This document shows, piece after piece, positions 48,201 through 56,993 of a stretch of DNA of 64,000 nt (position 1 is its first letter; every line of letters begins with the position of its first letter). Origin of the DNA: a virus (taxonomy: Duplodnaviria; Caudoviricetes); the IMG/VR virus record IMGVR_UViG_3300033802_000250; one strand, given 5' to 3'. The position numbers were made by a program, and so were the translations under genes. The notes below the pieces were generated by a model that searched no databases, was not told the DNA's origin, and saw only the letters and a list, made by a program, of their open reading frames with translations.

Positions 48201-48927
48201 ATTCTTCGCCAGCCGGGATGATGGACATTCGTGGACAGAGATTCAGCCGTCAATGATGACGCCACTGACGAATTGCAGTCCGGGTACGCAGATGCGTCTG
48301 AAAATCATGTACGACGGCGATTATCCGCTTGAAGTCATCAACGGATATGCGTTGCAAGGTATCTATCATCGGGATATCACCGGCCAAAACATTACCTCGC
48401 TCCATGAGGAGTATATTGCGGAGAACGGCCAGACGACATTCCGACTCCAGAATCCGTACCCGATGGGCAACAATGCGCTGGAGGTTTACGTCAATGGCAT
48501 CCTGCAATCGGTTGGGCGGGATTACCTCGAAATCGACAACTACACGGTTCAGTTCACGGAGCCGCTGATCGGCAATGATCCGACCGGTGAGGGGGCCGAC
48601 ATCGTAACATTCCGGGTAGCCGTCGGTGCATACGACAATCATGACATGAAGCTCGTCCGGCGGATTGATGTATTGGAAAAGGTCAACAATCCGAAGGTTA
48701 AATCCCATGAAGTGGAGTATGTCTACGACGAGAACGGCAGGTTGGTGGAGGAAATCTACACGGGCTTTGGCTATCACACCGTCGAATACTCGTATTACCC
48801 GGACGGCAAAAAACAGATGGTTATCACGACCACGGACACCACCATCACTACCGAGGAGTTCTGGTATAATGATGATGGAACGATTGCACGAAGAAAGGTA
48901 ACAGTTAGCGAGGTGGCACCGTCATGA
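45202..48927 (+). CDS. Large tail fibre protein (1241 aa): 27-aa repeats, PA14-like domain, jelly-roll-like domain, SRDDG domain, Ig-like module, YD-like C-terminus
   Basis: YAPETGEYEF..VKLEGGRLYPVVIE..SLYWKRPG..IP..YL (PA14-like, about 46100-46550); other motifs shared with neighbouring genes. Confidence 0.65.
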   Translation: MTRTTRLSQRKIKSTDPAYPSLKEQLDARNQGGTGSGYTMPAGGIPRTDMTDDVQASLARADIAYIIPPTGIPEAELEQAVRDSLGRANTAYQKPPGGIPISDLEPAAQQRLTDYTSFYVKPAPGIPRMDLDSAVQASLGLADSAYQKPVGGIPVADLSSEVQEALNKAGTAYQKPSGGIPLSDLAETVVRLSDLTPYNQHINDTSKHITDHTKLSNIGIYSHSEIDQQLDYHKRMIEQLNHEISDARDTFVSLGTRIDATIGKNTEYVVNDEFEWKKGTINGLIVNKEGNVTFSFIPEPILIDLYDVSQGDAFTAERRLGGIYFTQETHVNRGDLPWVDATNWYDYIGIRSMFYVYAPETGEYEFTFVFSGKVRMQVGGQLLFNDTSGYIFHNATARSGRVKLEGGRLYPVVIEGWYYTEGDRIISLYWKRPGFASSSTIPMEYLNHSGYATAVEGTYESEVIDLKDTAISVWYLTTEMVDYRQEDDVVAEVSTSDDGETFGPWVETPAVGEIAATPKRFLKIRFTVRKLFAQYTPMLKAYRIRYISSANNFYYKEIMEARDVYLSLKDRLDAIQEGVNQLADLQLQFNASNIHPEYFASVRLAAIELNLLNQYYNHLKAVADDYELLVDGVVDHLKTTNWIDIERSDAFTFVPGSIGQNQNTTIFEGTGAWNQFTLDRLDYDDNGFLRLAYVRGSGGMVNDILDNQYAWSQTSEAQIGRSYRKFLAQPFYPRPHTGAIKRIKVYRSSNANNTVWYRVMICPAKPDGTPDIYAPLWQSADLSGSGNYVHDFDEIYVTVTPEQKYFIVIQMVNYNNNNAYLYFWQSYNNSNASERLRSDNPENQPLLMMYTNNDAPSEASHWVTGQHFMWCYIEEHTQHEPEGYAEYIIDYGKPTRLINVDYDIDNPANGVVQIRYASSPDMGLWSLYSEDPKDVPPDRFIKVQIHMTAPSLGYLSPALKRISVGFAGVHGEIITKAFTLGRVPTHALLIVEQPENQHVRFFASRDDGHSWTEIQPSMMTPLTNCSPGTQMRLKIMYDGDYPLEVINGYALQGIYHRDITGQNITSLHEEYIAENGQTTFRLQNPYPMGNNALEVYVNGILQSVGRDYLEIDNYTVQFTEPLIGNDPTGEGADIVTFRVAVGAYDNHDMKLVRRIDVLEKVNNPKVKSHEVEYVYDENGRLVEEIYTGFGYHTVEYSYYPDGKKQMVITTTDTTITTEEFWYNDDGTIARRKVTVSEVAPS
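45313..45766 (+). repeat. About 5.6 tandem degenerate 81-nt (27-aa) coding repeats Y.KP.GGIP..DL...VQ..L..A..A
   Basis: Counted directly in the translation of 45202-48927. Confidence 0.85.
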
Positions 48928-51689
48928 CGCAACGCGCCAGACTGGATCAGCTTAAACGAAGCCGAAACAATCTGAACTACCGTACGTTCCTTGAACAGTT
49001 CGAGGAATTTGAACGTGAGGCGAAGCATCTCCGAAAGCCGGTTGCGACTTTCGGGGATCTTCCCTATGTCGGCAACAAACATGGCGACGAATGCCTCGTT
49101 TTGGATACCGGTGTGAAATACTTTTGGGATGCAAATATCCAGAACTGGCTTCCTCTGCTCGGAAAGGGGTATGACGTTCCGAGCGGCGTTATCAAACGTT
49201 ACCGGGGGAAATACATCGCCAGAGGCGGCGAGACAGAGGTTATCCTCAGTCACCGCTACGATGTGGGCATGAACACGCTGGATGTCTACATCAATGGCTT
49301 GCTTCAGGAGGCTGATGTTGACTACCGGGAAATCGACGAGATCACGATTGAATTTACAACGCCGCTGGAAACCGGCATGATCGTGACCTACATGATGCCT
49401 TACGTGGTCGGCAATGCCAACGAAGATGCCGACATTCGGCGACGCCTGCTTCAAATCGAACATAACCATTATCAACTGATGATGGTGAACTACTACCAAG
49501 GCAAACCGGTGAACTCACAGGCATTGTTCTTCGATGGTTTTCTCAATACGAACTATGTCGATTACATCAAAACCACGAAGAACATCGAGTACGACAACAT
49601 CCGGCGGACGATGCGCGTTGCGACCAATACAATCTCCAAGTTCCAAGAGGTTTTTGACTCCGATAGTCAAATTGATCTAACTGTGTCCAATCTGCGCCTC
49701 TTGAACTCGGAAATCACGCTCCCGGTATCGCAGGAGTTCTCTGTTGCCTTTGAAGATGATTTTTCTACGCCGAATAAACTAGCGTTGGAGGCAACAACAG
49801 CTTATTGGGATCCCGAACTGCAACAATTGGCTGTTGACCCGTATTACTCCGGCGGCAATCATTATCAGTTGGGCGATTTCATGGGTACAACAGGCGGTGT
49901 GGAGCGAAGCGGAGTATATTGGGAACAAGCTCCATGTTATTCCGTTGCGCCCGGCAAAAATCACATGTTCGCTGTTCATGGAGTGGATGTAACTCTCGTT
50001 CCAATCAACCGTCCATTTCGTAACACGGATGGAGGCAGTATGTGGGTGCCTGATGTTTCATCAGAGAATATGTCTGGTGCATCCCAACATAACTCAACAC
50101 ATACATGGGGTGCGTACTACTCCAATTCTGCAATCAGAACATTGGTATACGTACCCGAAACCGATAAACTTTACTTCCTTCAACAAGATAGCGAAGGTGG
50201 TGGACGATATAATCAAAAAATACGCTCTTTTTCTACGGTAACATCCAGTTTCACTATCTCAACCGTGCAATCGCGTTGGTATAATAATAATAGGCGATGT
50301 GCCGTATGGGGAACTCAACAAGACCTTGGATGGCCCGCAGGAATGCCAAACACGACGGGCGGCTCGGGGAAAACTGATGTTATTCACAGCTTAGGAGCAA
50401 CTCAAACCCATCTGCTGATTCGTGTCGAGGATACCATCTATTTCGTCAATCCGGTGACATGGTCTGTAGAAAAAGTGCTGGACTGGAGTTCTGCCGAAAT
50501 CAAACCGTCCCGATTCCTGAACAACTCGATGCAATTCGCCGCCGACAACCGGTTTCTGTACTTCCCGTGGTGGGGTGTGTACAAGGAGCATAACGGATAC
50601 TTCGTCGAGGTATTTGACATCGAAGACGGTCGATTCATCGACAAGTATTGGATTACGGAGACGTACCCCACAACGACGGCAATGCACTATGATTTCTTGC
50701 GAAACCGCATGATTCTCGGTTTGTGGGGTGGTAACTGGTACAGTCTGGTTGAAAAAGGCGTTGCCGGAGATTTTAGCTCCAATGGAAGCTTCGCCGGATT
50801 CATGTTGTTTGATCCTCCTGCGACCGGCTTCTCGTTGGCACAGTCGATTCCGCTAACAACCAATCTGTCTGAAGTGGAATACAAACTGAGTGCCACCCAC
50901 GTCGAAAACGGCGGCGTTGTCGAATACTTCATTCGATTCAACGGAGCCGCATGGCAGAGGATTGATCTGGATCGGGAGTATAAATGGATCAATCCGAAAA
51001 AGACGGGTGAGGCGACCATCGAGCTTCGTGTGGCGCTAAAAAACAACGTCGGCACCAGTACATCGCCGATTGTGACGGACTGGAAACTGGACATCAAGCA
51101 ATACCTGAATGAAGGCATTTATGTGTCCAAAGAACAAACGCTCCAGATCAGTAGCGTCAGCAGTGGCAAGATGGTTCTCAATCAGGATGCGCCGAACGAA
51201 ACGTCGATCCAATGGACGATCCAACTGGCCCCCGATGCACCAGAAGTGCCGGTTTCCGAAGACGGCGTGTTCTCGATTAGCGACGGATTGGGTACGGCCT
51301 ACGCGACGATACGGGCCCGCATGGCAACCAACAATACCTTGCTGTCGCCTGTTGTTCGGGACTTTACGCTTCAGATGCATTACGTTGAAGCGGGACGATT
51401 GGAATCCACTGTCTACAATCAGATTTACGACATCGAATACGGAACGATGTGGGTTACGAATACCGCGTCCAATGATTACATTGTTCCGTACATGTCGCGT
51501 GATGGCGGACAAACGTGGGTCGAAGGCGTGCGAGAAGCCAGCGTCAAACTGCCCGACGGTAGTTTCGAGAGCCAATATCGGTTTACGTTTACGGGCGACG
51601 AGCAAATTCGCAACCAAGCCAAAGTGGCCTTTGATATTCGTGGAGCGACCGAGATTGTGCAATACGGCGTCTCGATCAATCCGCTGTGA
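48924..51689 (+). CDS. Tail fibre/receptor-binding protein (921 aa) with an AT-rich internal segment
   Basis: V.TFGDLP..GN..GD..LV.DTG..YFWD N-terminal motif, Ig-like module, propeller-like middle, YMSRDGGQTW C-terminus. Confidence 0.6.
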   Translation: MTQRARLDQLKRSRNNLNYRTFLEQFEEFEREAKHLRKPVATFGDLPYVGNKHGDECLVLDTGVKYFWDANIQNWLPLLGKGYDVPSGVIKRYRGKYIARGGETEVILSHRYDVGMNTLDVYINGLLQEADVDYREIDEITIEFTTPLETGMIVTYMMPYVVGNANEDADIRRRLLQIEHNHYQLMMVNYYQGKPVNSQALFFDGFLNTNYVDYIKTTKNIEYDNIRRTMRVATNTISKFQEVFDSDSQIDLTVSNLRLLNSEITLPVSQEFSVAFEDDFSTPNKLALEATTAYWDPELQQLAVDPYYSGGNHYQLGDFMGTTGGVERSGVYWEQAPCYSVAPGKNHMFAVHGVDVTLVPINRPFRNTDGGSMWVPDVSSENMSGASQHNSTHTWGAYYSNSAIRTLVYVPETDKLYFLQQDSEGGGRYNQKIRSFSTVTSSFTISTVQSRWYNNNRRCAVWGTQQDLGWPAGMPNTTGGSGKTDVIHSLGATQTHLLIRVEDTIYFVNPVTWSVEKVLDWSSAEIKPSRFLNNSMQFAADNRFLYFPWWGVYKEHNGYFVEVFDIEDGRFIDKYWITETYPTTTAMHYDFLRNRMILGLWGGNWYSLVEKGVAGDFSSNGSFAGFMLFDPPATGFSLAQSIPLTTNLSEVEYKLSATHVENGGVVEYFIRFNGAAWQRIDLDREYKWINPKKTGEATIELRVALKNNVGTSTSPIVTDWKLDIKQYLNEGIYVSKEQTLQISSVSSGKMVLNQDAPNETSIQWTIQLAPDAPEVPVSEDGVFSISDGLGTAYATIRARMATNNTLLSPVVRDFTLQMHYVEAGRLESTVYNQIYDIEYGTMWVTNTASNDYIVPYMSRDGGQTWVEGVREASVKLPDGSFESQYRFTFTGDEQIRNQAKVAFDIRGATEIVQYGVSINPL

Positions 51690-51701
51690 GGAGGATAGTC
51701 C

Positions 51702-53498
51702 ATGCAACTTCATATGAGCCAACTTCCACAAGCCGTCCAGCGGCTTGTGGAAGACTTCCCACAGCTTGAGGTCATCCTCAATAACTTGCAAAATACGCCG
51801 ACCGGCGACATTCTGGAGATCATCAATTTGCACGATCAAAAGATCGCCGTCCTGCAAACGGATGTCGCCAACTTGGAAGCCGCCGACGCAACAGCTAATA
51901 ATCGCCTGACGGCTCTGGAGACTTCCACAGCGACGACTCAAGCTGATTTGGATACGCTGGAGGCAAGAGTCGCTGAAATGCCGACAGGTGTTACTGCCAA
52001 CGGCGTCAAGCTGAACGGGGAGTTTGCATTACAAGCGGGGGCCAATATCAGCTTAATCGTCAACGAAGCCAGCAAGACGATCACGATTACGGCATCCGGG
52101 ACGAACGCGGCAGATGGGGTGCCGGTCGGCACCATCGCTTTCTTCGCCGCTATGACGGCCCCTGCCGGATGGATGGAATGTGACGGAAGGGAAGTGTCTC
52201 GTTCCGAATATTCAGATTTGTTTAATGCTATCGGCACATTGTTCGGGGCGGGTGATGGTACAACAACCTTTAATCTGCCAGATCTTCGCGGCGAGTTCAT
52301 TCGTGGATGGGATCATAATCGAGGCGTCGATGTAGGCCGAGGATTTGGTACAGCACAGGCTGATGCGATTAAAGACCATAAGCACTTCCGCAACGTAGAT
52401 AGGGTCAAGGAAGGCCCGATACTTTCTGAAACACAGGGCGTTAATAAGAATTATGGTCTTGCTATTCAATCTGGTTTCCGGTACGACTACTATCCAACGG
52501 ACGGTCAGAAAACCGGGCCTATGGAAAACGGCGACACCGAGACACGGCCTCGTAACATCGCGATGCTCCCCTGCATCCGCGTAAAACCGGTGGAGAAATC
52601 TCTGACGGAGGCCGTGGCTTCTCTCGAAGCTCGCATGAGTACAGCAGAGCCCAAGATCGACGCCAATATGGTGCAAATCTCCTGCGTCAAGAGCAAAATC
52701 TCTACCATCGACACGCAGGTTACGGCAATTCAAAGCGCCATCAGCGATCTGCAAACAGTGGATTCGCAAATTCTGGATCAATTGACCTTGATCCAGCAGA
52801 CTATCGACAGTCTCAAATCTGACATCGCTGAAATCAAGGAGGTTATCAGCATGGCTTATGTAACGCAGGAAGAATTGAATGCGGTCGTTACCCGCATCAA
52901 TGCGCTGGAGTCGAATGTGACGGGCCTGCAATCGTCGCTGGACAACCTGAATGAAGCGCTCAGCAATCTGAATGCGCTGGCATCCAATCTTGAAACATCA
53001 GTCTCCGATCTCGGCGAAGCGGTCTCGAATCTCGACAATACGGTTGCCCAATTGAATGCGGCACAGGAAGATCTCCAGCAGGCGCAGGAGCAAGTACGGC
53101 AAACCCAAGGAGAAATTCAGCGGCGGATGACCGCCGACAAATCTGTAACGCCAACTTCGATGCTCTCGTCGATCAGCACGTTTCAAGCAGGCGTCAACAC
53201 GGAATTTGAACTGTTCACCTACGCCAACGAGAACGAAGGCGAAATGGTGTTGGCGTACTTTACGAAGCCGGAAGAAATGTCGAGCCTCGAATATCTGGAG
53301 GTGCAAGACGGCAACTGGTATCCGCTCGTTACCGAATATTTCGGCCCGCCTGCGACCGGGTTCCCGCTTCAGGACATCAGCGTGAAGTTCCGTGCAACAC
53401 TGGATACGCCGGGCTCGTATGAAATGCCCATCGAATACCGCCGCGTCTCCGATCAAACCGTTATCGCAAGCGTTGTGCTGAAGTTCAACGTCGAGTAA
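51702..53498 (+). CDS. Tail fibre with a phage tail-collar domain and needle, flanked by coiled coils
   Basis: PVGTIAFFA...AP.GWM.CDG.EVSR..Y.DLF.AIG..FG.GDG.TTFNLPDLRGEFIRG (collar); HKH and ETRPRNIA tip motifs. Confidence 0.85.
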   Translation: MQLHMSQLPQAVQRLVEDFPQLEVILNNLQNTPTGDILEIINLHDQKIAVLQTDVANLEAADATANNRLTALETSTATTQADLDTLEARVAEMPTGVTANGVKLNGEFALQAGANISLIVNEASKTITITASGTNAADGVPVGTIAFFAAMTAPAGWMECDGREVSRSEYSDLFNAIGTLFGAGDGTTTFNLPDLRGEFIRGWDHNRGVDVGRGFGTAQADAIKDHKHFRNVDRVKEGPILSETQGVNKNYGLAIQSGFRYDYYPTDGQKTGPMENGDTETRPRNIAMLPCIRVKPVEKSLTEAVASLEARMSTAEPKIDANMVQISCVKSKISTIDTQVTAIQSAISDLQTVDSQILDQLTLIQQTIDSLKSDIAEIKEVISMAYVTQEELNAVVTRINALESNVTGLQSSLDNLNEALSNLNALASNLETSVSDLGEAVSNLDNTVAQLNAAQEDLQQAQEQVRQTQGEIQRRMTADKSVTPTSMLSSISTFQAGVNTEFELFTYANENEGEMVLAYFTKPEEMSSLEYLEVQDGNWYPLVTEYFGPPATGFPLQDISVKFRATLDTPGSYEMPIEYRRVSDQTVIASVVLKFNVE

Positions 53499-53504
53499 AA
53501 GGGC

Positions 53505-53534
53505 TTCGCAAAACGACTTGCGGTTTGATAGAAT
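53505..53534 (+). promoter_or_regulatory. Possible sigma-A-type promoter (TTCGCA-18 nt-TAGAAT with extended TG)
   Basis: Lies in the largest intergenic gap (81 nt). TGaTAGAAT extended -10; weak -35. Confidence 0.35.
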
Positions 53535-53579
53535 ATGAGTGAGTGCAGGGTTGCACTCCTCTGAAAAGGAGGGGGCGGC

Positions 53580-53966
53580 ATGAGGACACGATTGAGTCCG
53601 TGGCAAGTGAAGCAATCTGAGACAGAAGGTGGATCCATGAAGTATGTCTCGGTTAACTATACCACAAATGCTCATGTCCCAAATGACACGGTGGTTTACC
53701 AAATTCCATTTCCTGACGGAATTGAAGGCGTGCTGATCAGCACCATCCGCATCGAGTCTGTTGAGAACGTGCCGTTTGTGGTGGATCTGCTGGATGGAAA
53801 CACGACCAAGACGATCTACGAGAGCTTGGAAGAACTCAGGTTCCAGTACGATCAAGTCAATGTTCCCTATAAACCGAGTGAGAAATCGTTCTTTGTTCGT
53901 ATTCACAACAAAGGCGGTGTAACCACGAAGTTCAATATTGAGATTCGAGGAGTCGAGGTGAGGTAA
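53580..53966 (+). CDS. Small beta-sandwich structural protein; paralog of 8941-9312
   Basis: AAGGAGG RBS. N-terminus MRTRLS..QVK resembles MTRTTRLSQRKIK of 45202. C-terminus IEIRGVEVR versus VEVRGFQLK. Confidence 0.55.
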   Translation: MRTRLSPWQVKQSETEGGSMKYVSVNYTTNAHVPNDTVVYQIPFPDGIEGVLISTIRIESVENVPFVVDLLDGNTTKTIYESLEELRFQYDQVNVPYKPSEKSFFVRIHNKGGVTTKFNIEIRGVEVR

Positions 53967-54839
53967 ATGGCTTTCTATCAGGGTAAGGAAGTGCAAAGTC
54001 GCCTTATCGACACACTGGTAGAAAAGCTGACGACTCCACCGGCGGGTTCAGTAGAGCCGTACTGGACACGGGTGGAATCCGGCGGCTATCAAAACGAAGG
54101 CTTTATTCTTTTCTCCAACGGCAAATCCGGTGTGGATAGAATCTTTATCCGCATGAAACAAACCGTCATCAACGGCATCGAGTTCAGCATCATCGAGGAT
54201 TATCAGCCGAATCCGGTACAGGGGCTCAGCGGCATTGTGACGAATGAAGGGCCGAAACAGAATTGCCACTTTGCGTCATCCTCAGTTTACGGCTCCAATC
54301 AGCCGGTACACTACTGGCTGAGTTTTGATAAGGATAAGATCATGTTGGCACTGAAGGGCGACAAGGTTTTGTCCAACGCCGTCAAAAGCTTCGTATGGAT
54401 CGGTGCGCCGCAACGATTCTATGATCCGGCGCAAGAGCAAACAACGCCATTGGCCCACGCCAACAGCCGATGGTCATCACCATTGGTAAACACTAACGCC
54501 GACCATGACCTTCTGCTCGGATATTGCCGGGGGCTTCGCGACCGGGCTCGAAACACGAACGTCTTCTATACGATGACGACGCTCACCAAATGGAAGTCCA
54601 AAGGTTGGGGAAATACGATTCTGCTCGGGGAAATCTTCCTGCATCATAATGCCGCTGAAGGTTTCCGTGGAAAGATGGACGGCGTCTACGCACTCAACAA
54701 CTCCAACCCGCCGGACTTCCAAGACGGAGACGAAATCATGGTTGGGAGCAAGCGATACACCGTTCACAATATTTGGTCGGCGGGGTCGCGATCCAACTGC
54801 TGGAATACGCCGTGGTTGGCTGTTGAACAAATCCAATAG
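53967..54839 (+). CDS. Virion structural protein, paralog family member 2
   Basis: VHYWLSFDKDKIMLALKGD, SFVWIG, GWGN, GFRGKMDGVY, DGDEI. Confidence 0.6.
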   Translation: MAFYQGKEVQSRLIDTLVEKLTTPPAGSVEPYWTRVESGGYQNEGFILFSNGKSGVDRIFIRMKQTVINGIEFSIIEDYQPNPVQGLSGIVTNEGPKQNCHFASSSVYGSNQPVHYWLSFDKDKIMLALKGDKVLSNAVKSFVWIGAPQRFYDPAQEQTTPLAHANSRWSSPLVNTNADHDLLLGYCRGLRDRARNTNVFYTMTTLTKWKSKGWGNTILLGEIFLHHNAAEGFRGKMDGVYALNNSNPPDFQDGDEIMVGSKRYTVHNIWSAGSRSNCWNTPWLAVEQIQ

Positions 54840-54852
54840 GGGGTGAGATGTG

Positions 54853-55689
54853 ATGGGAGTATATGCCGGGCGCGTCAACTGCCGCCAGCTTCTCAACACC
54901 TTACATAACGCCATGCTTGCCGAAGGTTATCAGGAAATCTCCAGCGACATCGCAACGGATGGCCGGGTGTACAAATCCACCGGTATTGATGGCGAAAACG
55001 AGTTTTACATTCGCGTTCAAGACCCACTGAGCAACTACCTGCTGGTTGGATTCTACGACAAGTACACGCCGGGTACACCGGGGGTTCCGGGAGCATTCGG
55101 GAACGGCCACACGCAATCGTGTGTGACATGGAACCGATCTTCGACCAGTAACAGCCTGATGGTCGCCTATATCTTCAACATCAACAAAGACCGGGTGATC
55201 ATCCAATGCGAAGGTTTGAAGGTCAACTCCGGCAATTGCAGTTCGTTGACGTATATTGGAATGCCGAAACGCTATGATCTCAATGACAAGAACTGCAACT
55301 TTGGCGGGATTGCGGGATCAACCCGGATGGACAGCAACAATGAAGCGATGTGGAAGGCTCTGCGTGGTCGCAATCTCGCGCCAAACTTCTGGTACGAGAT
55401 GGACTACTACATGCCTCCGCGTTCTTACGGGTGGGGAAACAAAATCTTCTTCAGTCCGATCTTCATTGGGCATGACGACGAGGGGCCGCGCGGCGAACTG
55501 AGCGGGCTGTACACGTTGGAAGCTGGCGATGCTTTCGAGTTCCAGCATTACGACACGTTCAAAAAGGACGGAAAAACCTATATTATCCTCAGCCGTGCCA
55601 ACGACTTCAACAACAACAAGTATCTGCCGAACTCGTGGTACGTCATGGAGGTAGCGGAGGGGTTGCAATATGGCTTACTATTCCGGTAG
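54853..55689 (+). CDS. Virion structural protein, paralog family member 3
   Basis: NKDRVIIQCEG, LTYIGMP.RYD, GWGN, GPRGELSGLY. Confidence 0.6.
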   Translation: MGVYAGRVNCRQLLNTLHNAMLAEGYQEISSDIATDGRVYKSTGIDGENEFYIRVQDPLSNYLLVGFYDKYTPGTPGVPGAFGNGHTQSCVTWNRSSTSNSLMVAYIFNINKDRVIIQCEGLKVNSGNCSSLTYIGMPKRYDLNDKNCNFGGIAGSTRMDSNNEAMWKALRGRNLAPNFWYEMDYYMPPRSYGWGNKIFFSPIFIGHDDEGPRGELSGLYTLEAGDAFEFQHYDTFKKDGKTYIILSRANDFNNNKYLPNSWYVMEVAEGLQYGLLFR

Positions 55690-56464
55690 TGTGGCGGCCA
55701 AAAACCTGTTCACGACAATCCTGAACCATATCACGGCGGTTCAGCCGGGCGAAACGCAGGCATGGTGGGTGAAGGAATCTTCGGTTGCGACCGACGGTGT
55801 CTACACGTCCACCGGCTCGTCCGGCAACGAACGGATTGTCTTGGTATTCCGTGAACATACGGTCGGCCAGCGATTCACGGTAGGTATGGCGAAGGATTAC
55901 ACGCCGGGTGCAATCAACACGGCTGGTGCCTTCGATAGCCTGCAAACTTGGGATGTCTACTACTACAGCGCCATCCAGAACGAAAATGTGATCGTCAGCT
56001 ACGACGTGAATGTGACGAAAGACCGCGTCATCATCCATGTTCAGGGCGACAAGCTGATTTCGGCTTGGCAAAACACTGTCATCTTCTTGGGGATGCCGCT
56101 TCGCTATGATCCGAATGACCATCTCTGTATTGTCAAGGCACAAAGCGAAAGCGGCGGCGTTAACAACAAGATCACGGTGCTTCAGGACAGCATCAATACG
56201 ATGTACCAGAACTACGACTGGTTCTCCGTACAGTCGCCCGCGAACCCGTCTTGGGGGAACACCTACTTCCTTGAAACATTGCATTTTGGGTACGGAAACG
56301 AAGGACTTCGCGGCGAACTCGACGGCATTTACGGTACGCATCCCGGCGAACTGGTCGATGGCGACGAAATCGACGTTCTCGGCACGCGGTACAAAGTCAT
56401 CATCTCTCGTGGCGTAGGCCAAAACAACTTCCCTCGTACGGCTCTGCTTCTGAAGATGGCGTAA
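55670..56464 (+). CDS. Virion structural protein, paralog family member 4
   Basis: TKDRVIIHVQGD, IFLGMP.RYD, SWGN, GLRGELDGIY, DGDEI. Confidence 0.6.
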   Translation: MAYYSGSVAAKNLFTTILNHITAVQPGETQAWWVKESSVATDGVYTSTGSSGNERIVLVFREHTVGQRFTVGMAKDYTPGAINTAGAFDSLQTWDVYYYSAIQNENVIVSYDVNVTKDRVIIHVQGDKLISAWQNTVIFLGMPLRYDPNDHLCIVKAQSESGGVNNKITVLQDSINTMYQNYDWFSVQSPANPSWGNTYFLETLHFGYGNEGLRGELDGIYGTHPGELVDGDEIDVLGTRYKVIISRGVGQNNFPRTALLLKMA

Positions 56465-56478
56465 GGTGGTGATCCCTT

Positions 56479-56949
56479 ATGGCTGTCTATAGCGGAAGAT
56501 TTCTTCACGAGGATATTGTTCCGGGCTCCCGAGTGCAAGCAACGATTGAGGCGCAAAATATTCCGGTGAAACAAAACGTCATAAGCTTCCGCGAAACGAC
56601 GAAGAACAAGACCGGATGGGTGACGGATTCACTGTTTGGTTTTGAAGTACGACATCCGATCACCGCAATCAGCGTAGAACCTGCACTTGGCGCTATTGTC
56701 GCAACGCATATCCGGGATGGCTCCCGCCAGTATCGCGTCATTGAAAGCGAGCCGCGCGGCACCCGTCATCAACGGGTCAAAGAAGGAGACGGCCTGACGA
56801 TTGATGGTACAATCGGCCAGCGTATCAATAAGGTACTGACCGGAGTTGGCGCTTACGGCATTGGATACAATCCACAACCCACACCTCAGCCCGATTGCAA
56901 ACCGATCAGGAAATATCCTCGGGATTGGCACGGGGAGAACATGCACTAG
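56479..56949 (+). CDS. Hypothetical protein (156 aa)
   Basis: RBS and operon position. N-terminus MAVYSG resembles the three preceding genes. Confidence 0.5.
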   Translation: MAVYSGRFLHEDIVPGSRVQATIEAQNIPVKQNVISFRETTKNKTGWVTDSLFGFEVRHPITAISVEPALGAIVATHIRDGSRQYRVIESEPRGTRHQRVKEGDGLTIDGTIGQRINKVLTGVGAYGIGYNPQPTPQPDCKPIRKYPRDWHGENMH

Positions 56950-56976
56950 CAGGGGCTCTTTGCTCCTGCTAGTTTT
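56945..56976 (+). terminator. Intrinsic terminator
   Basis: ACTAGCAGGGGC-tcttt-GCTCCTGCTAGT stem (one G-U) followed by TTT. Confidence 0.65.
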
Positions 56977-56993
56977 CCTATGGAGGGATAAAC

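Noticed and set aside
48715-48927. RHS/polymorphic toxin
   Set aside because: Only 2-3 YD-like hairpins; no RHS core (DPxG) motif, toxin tip or immunity gene.
53967-56464. Diversity-generating retroelement targets
   Set aside because: No reverse transcriptase and no near-identical template/variable repeat pair are visible; the paralogs are highly diverged throughout.
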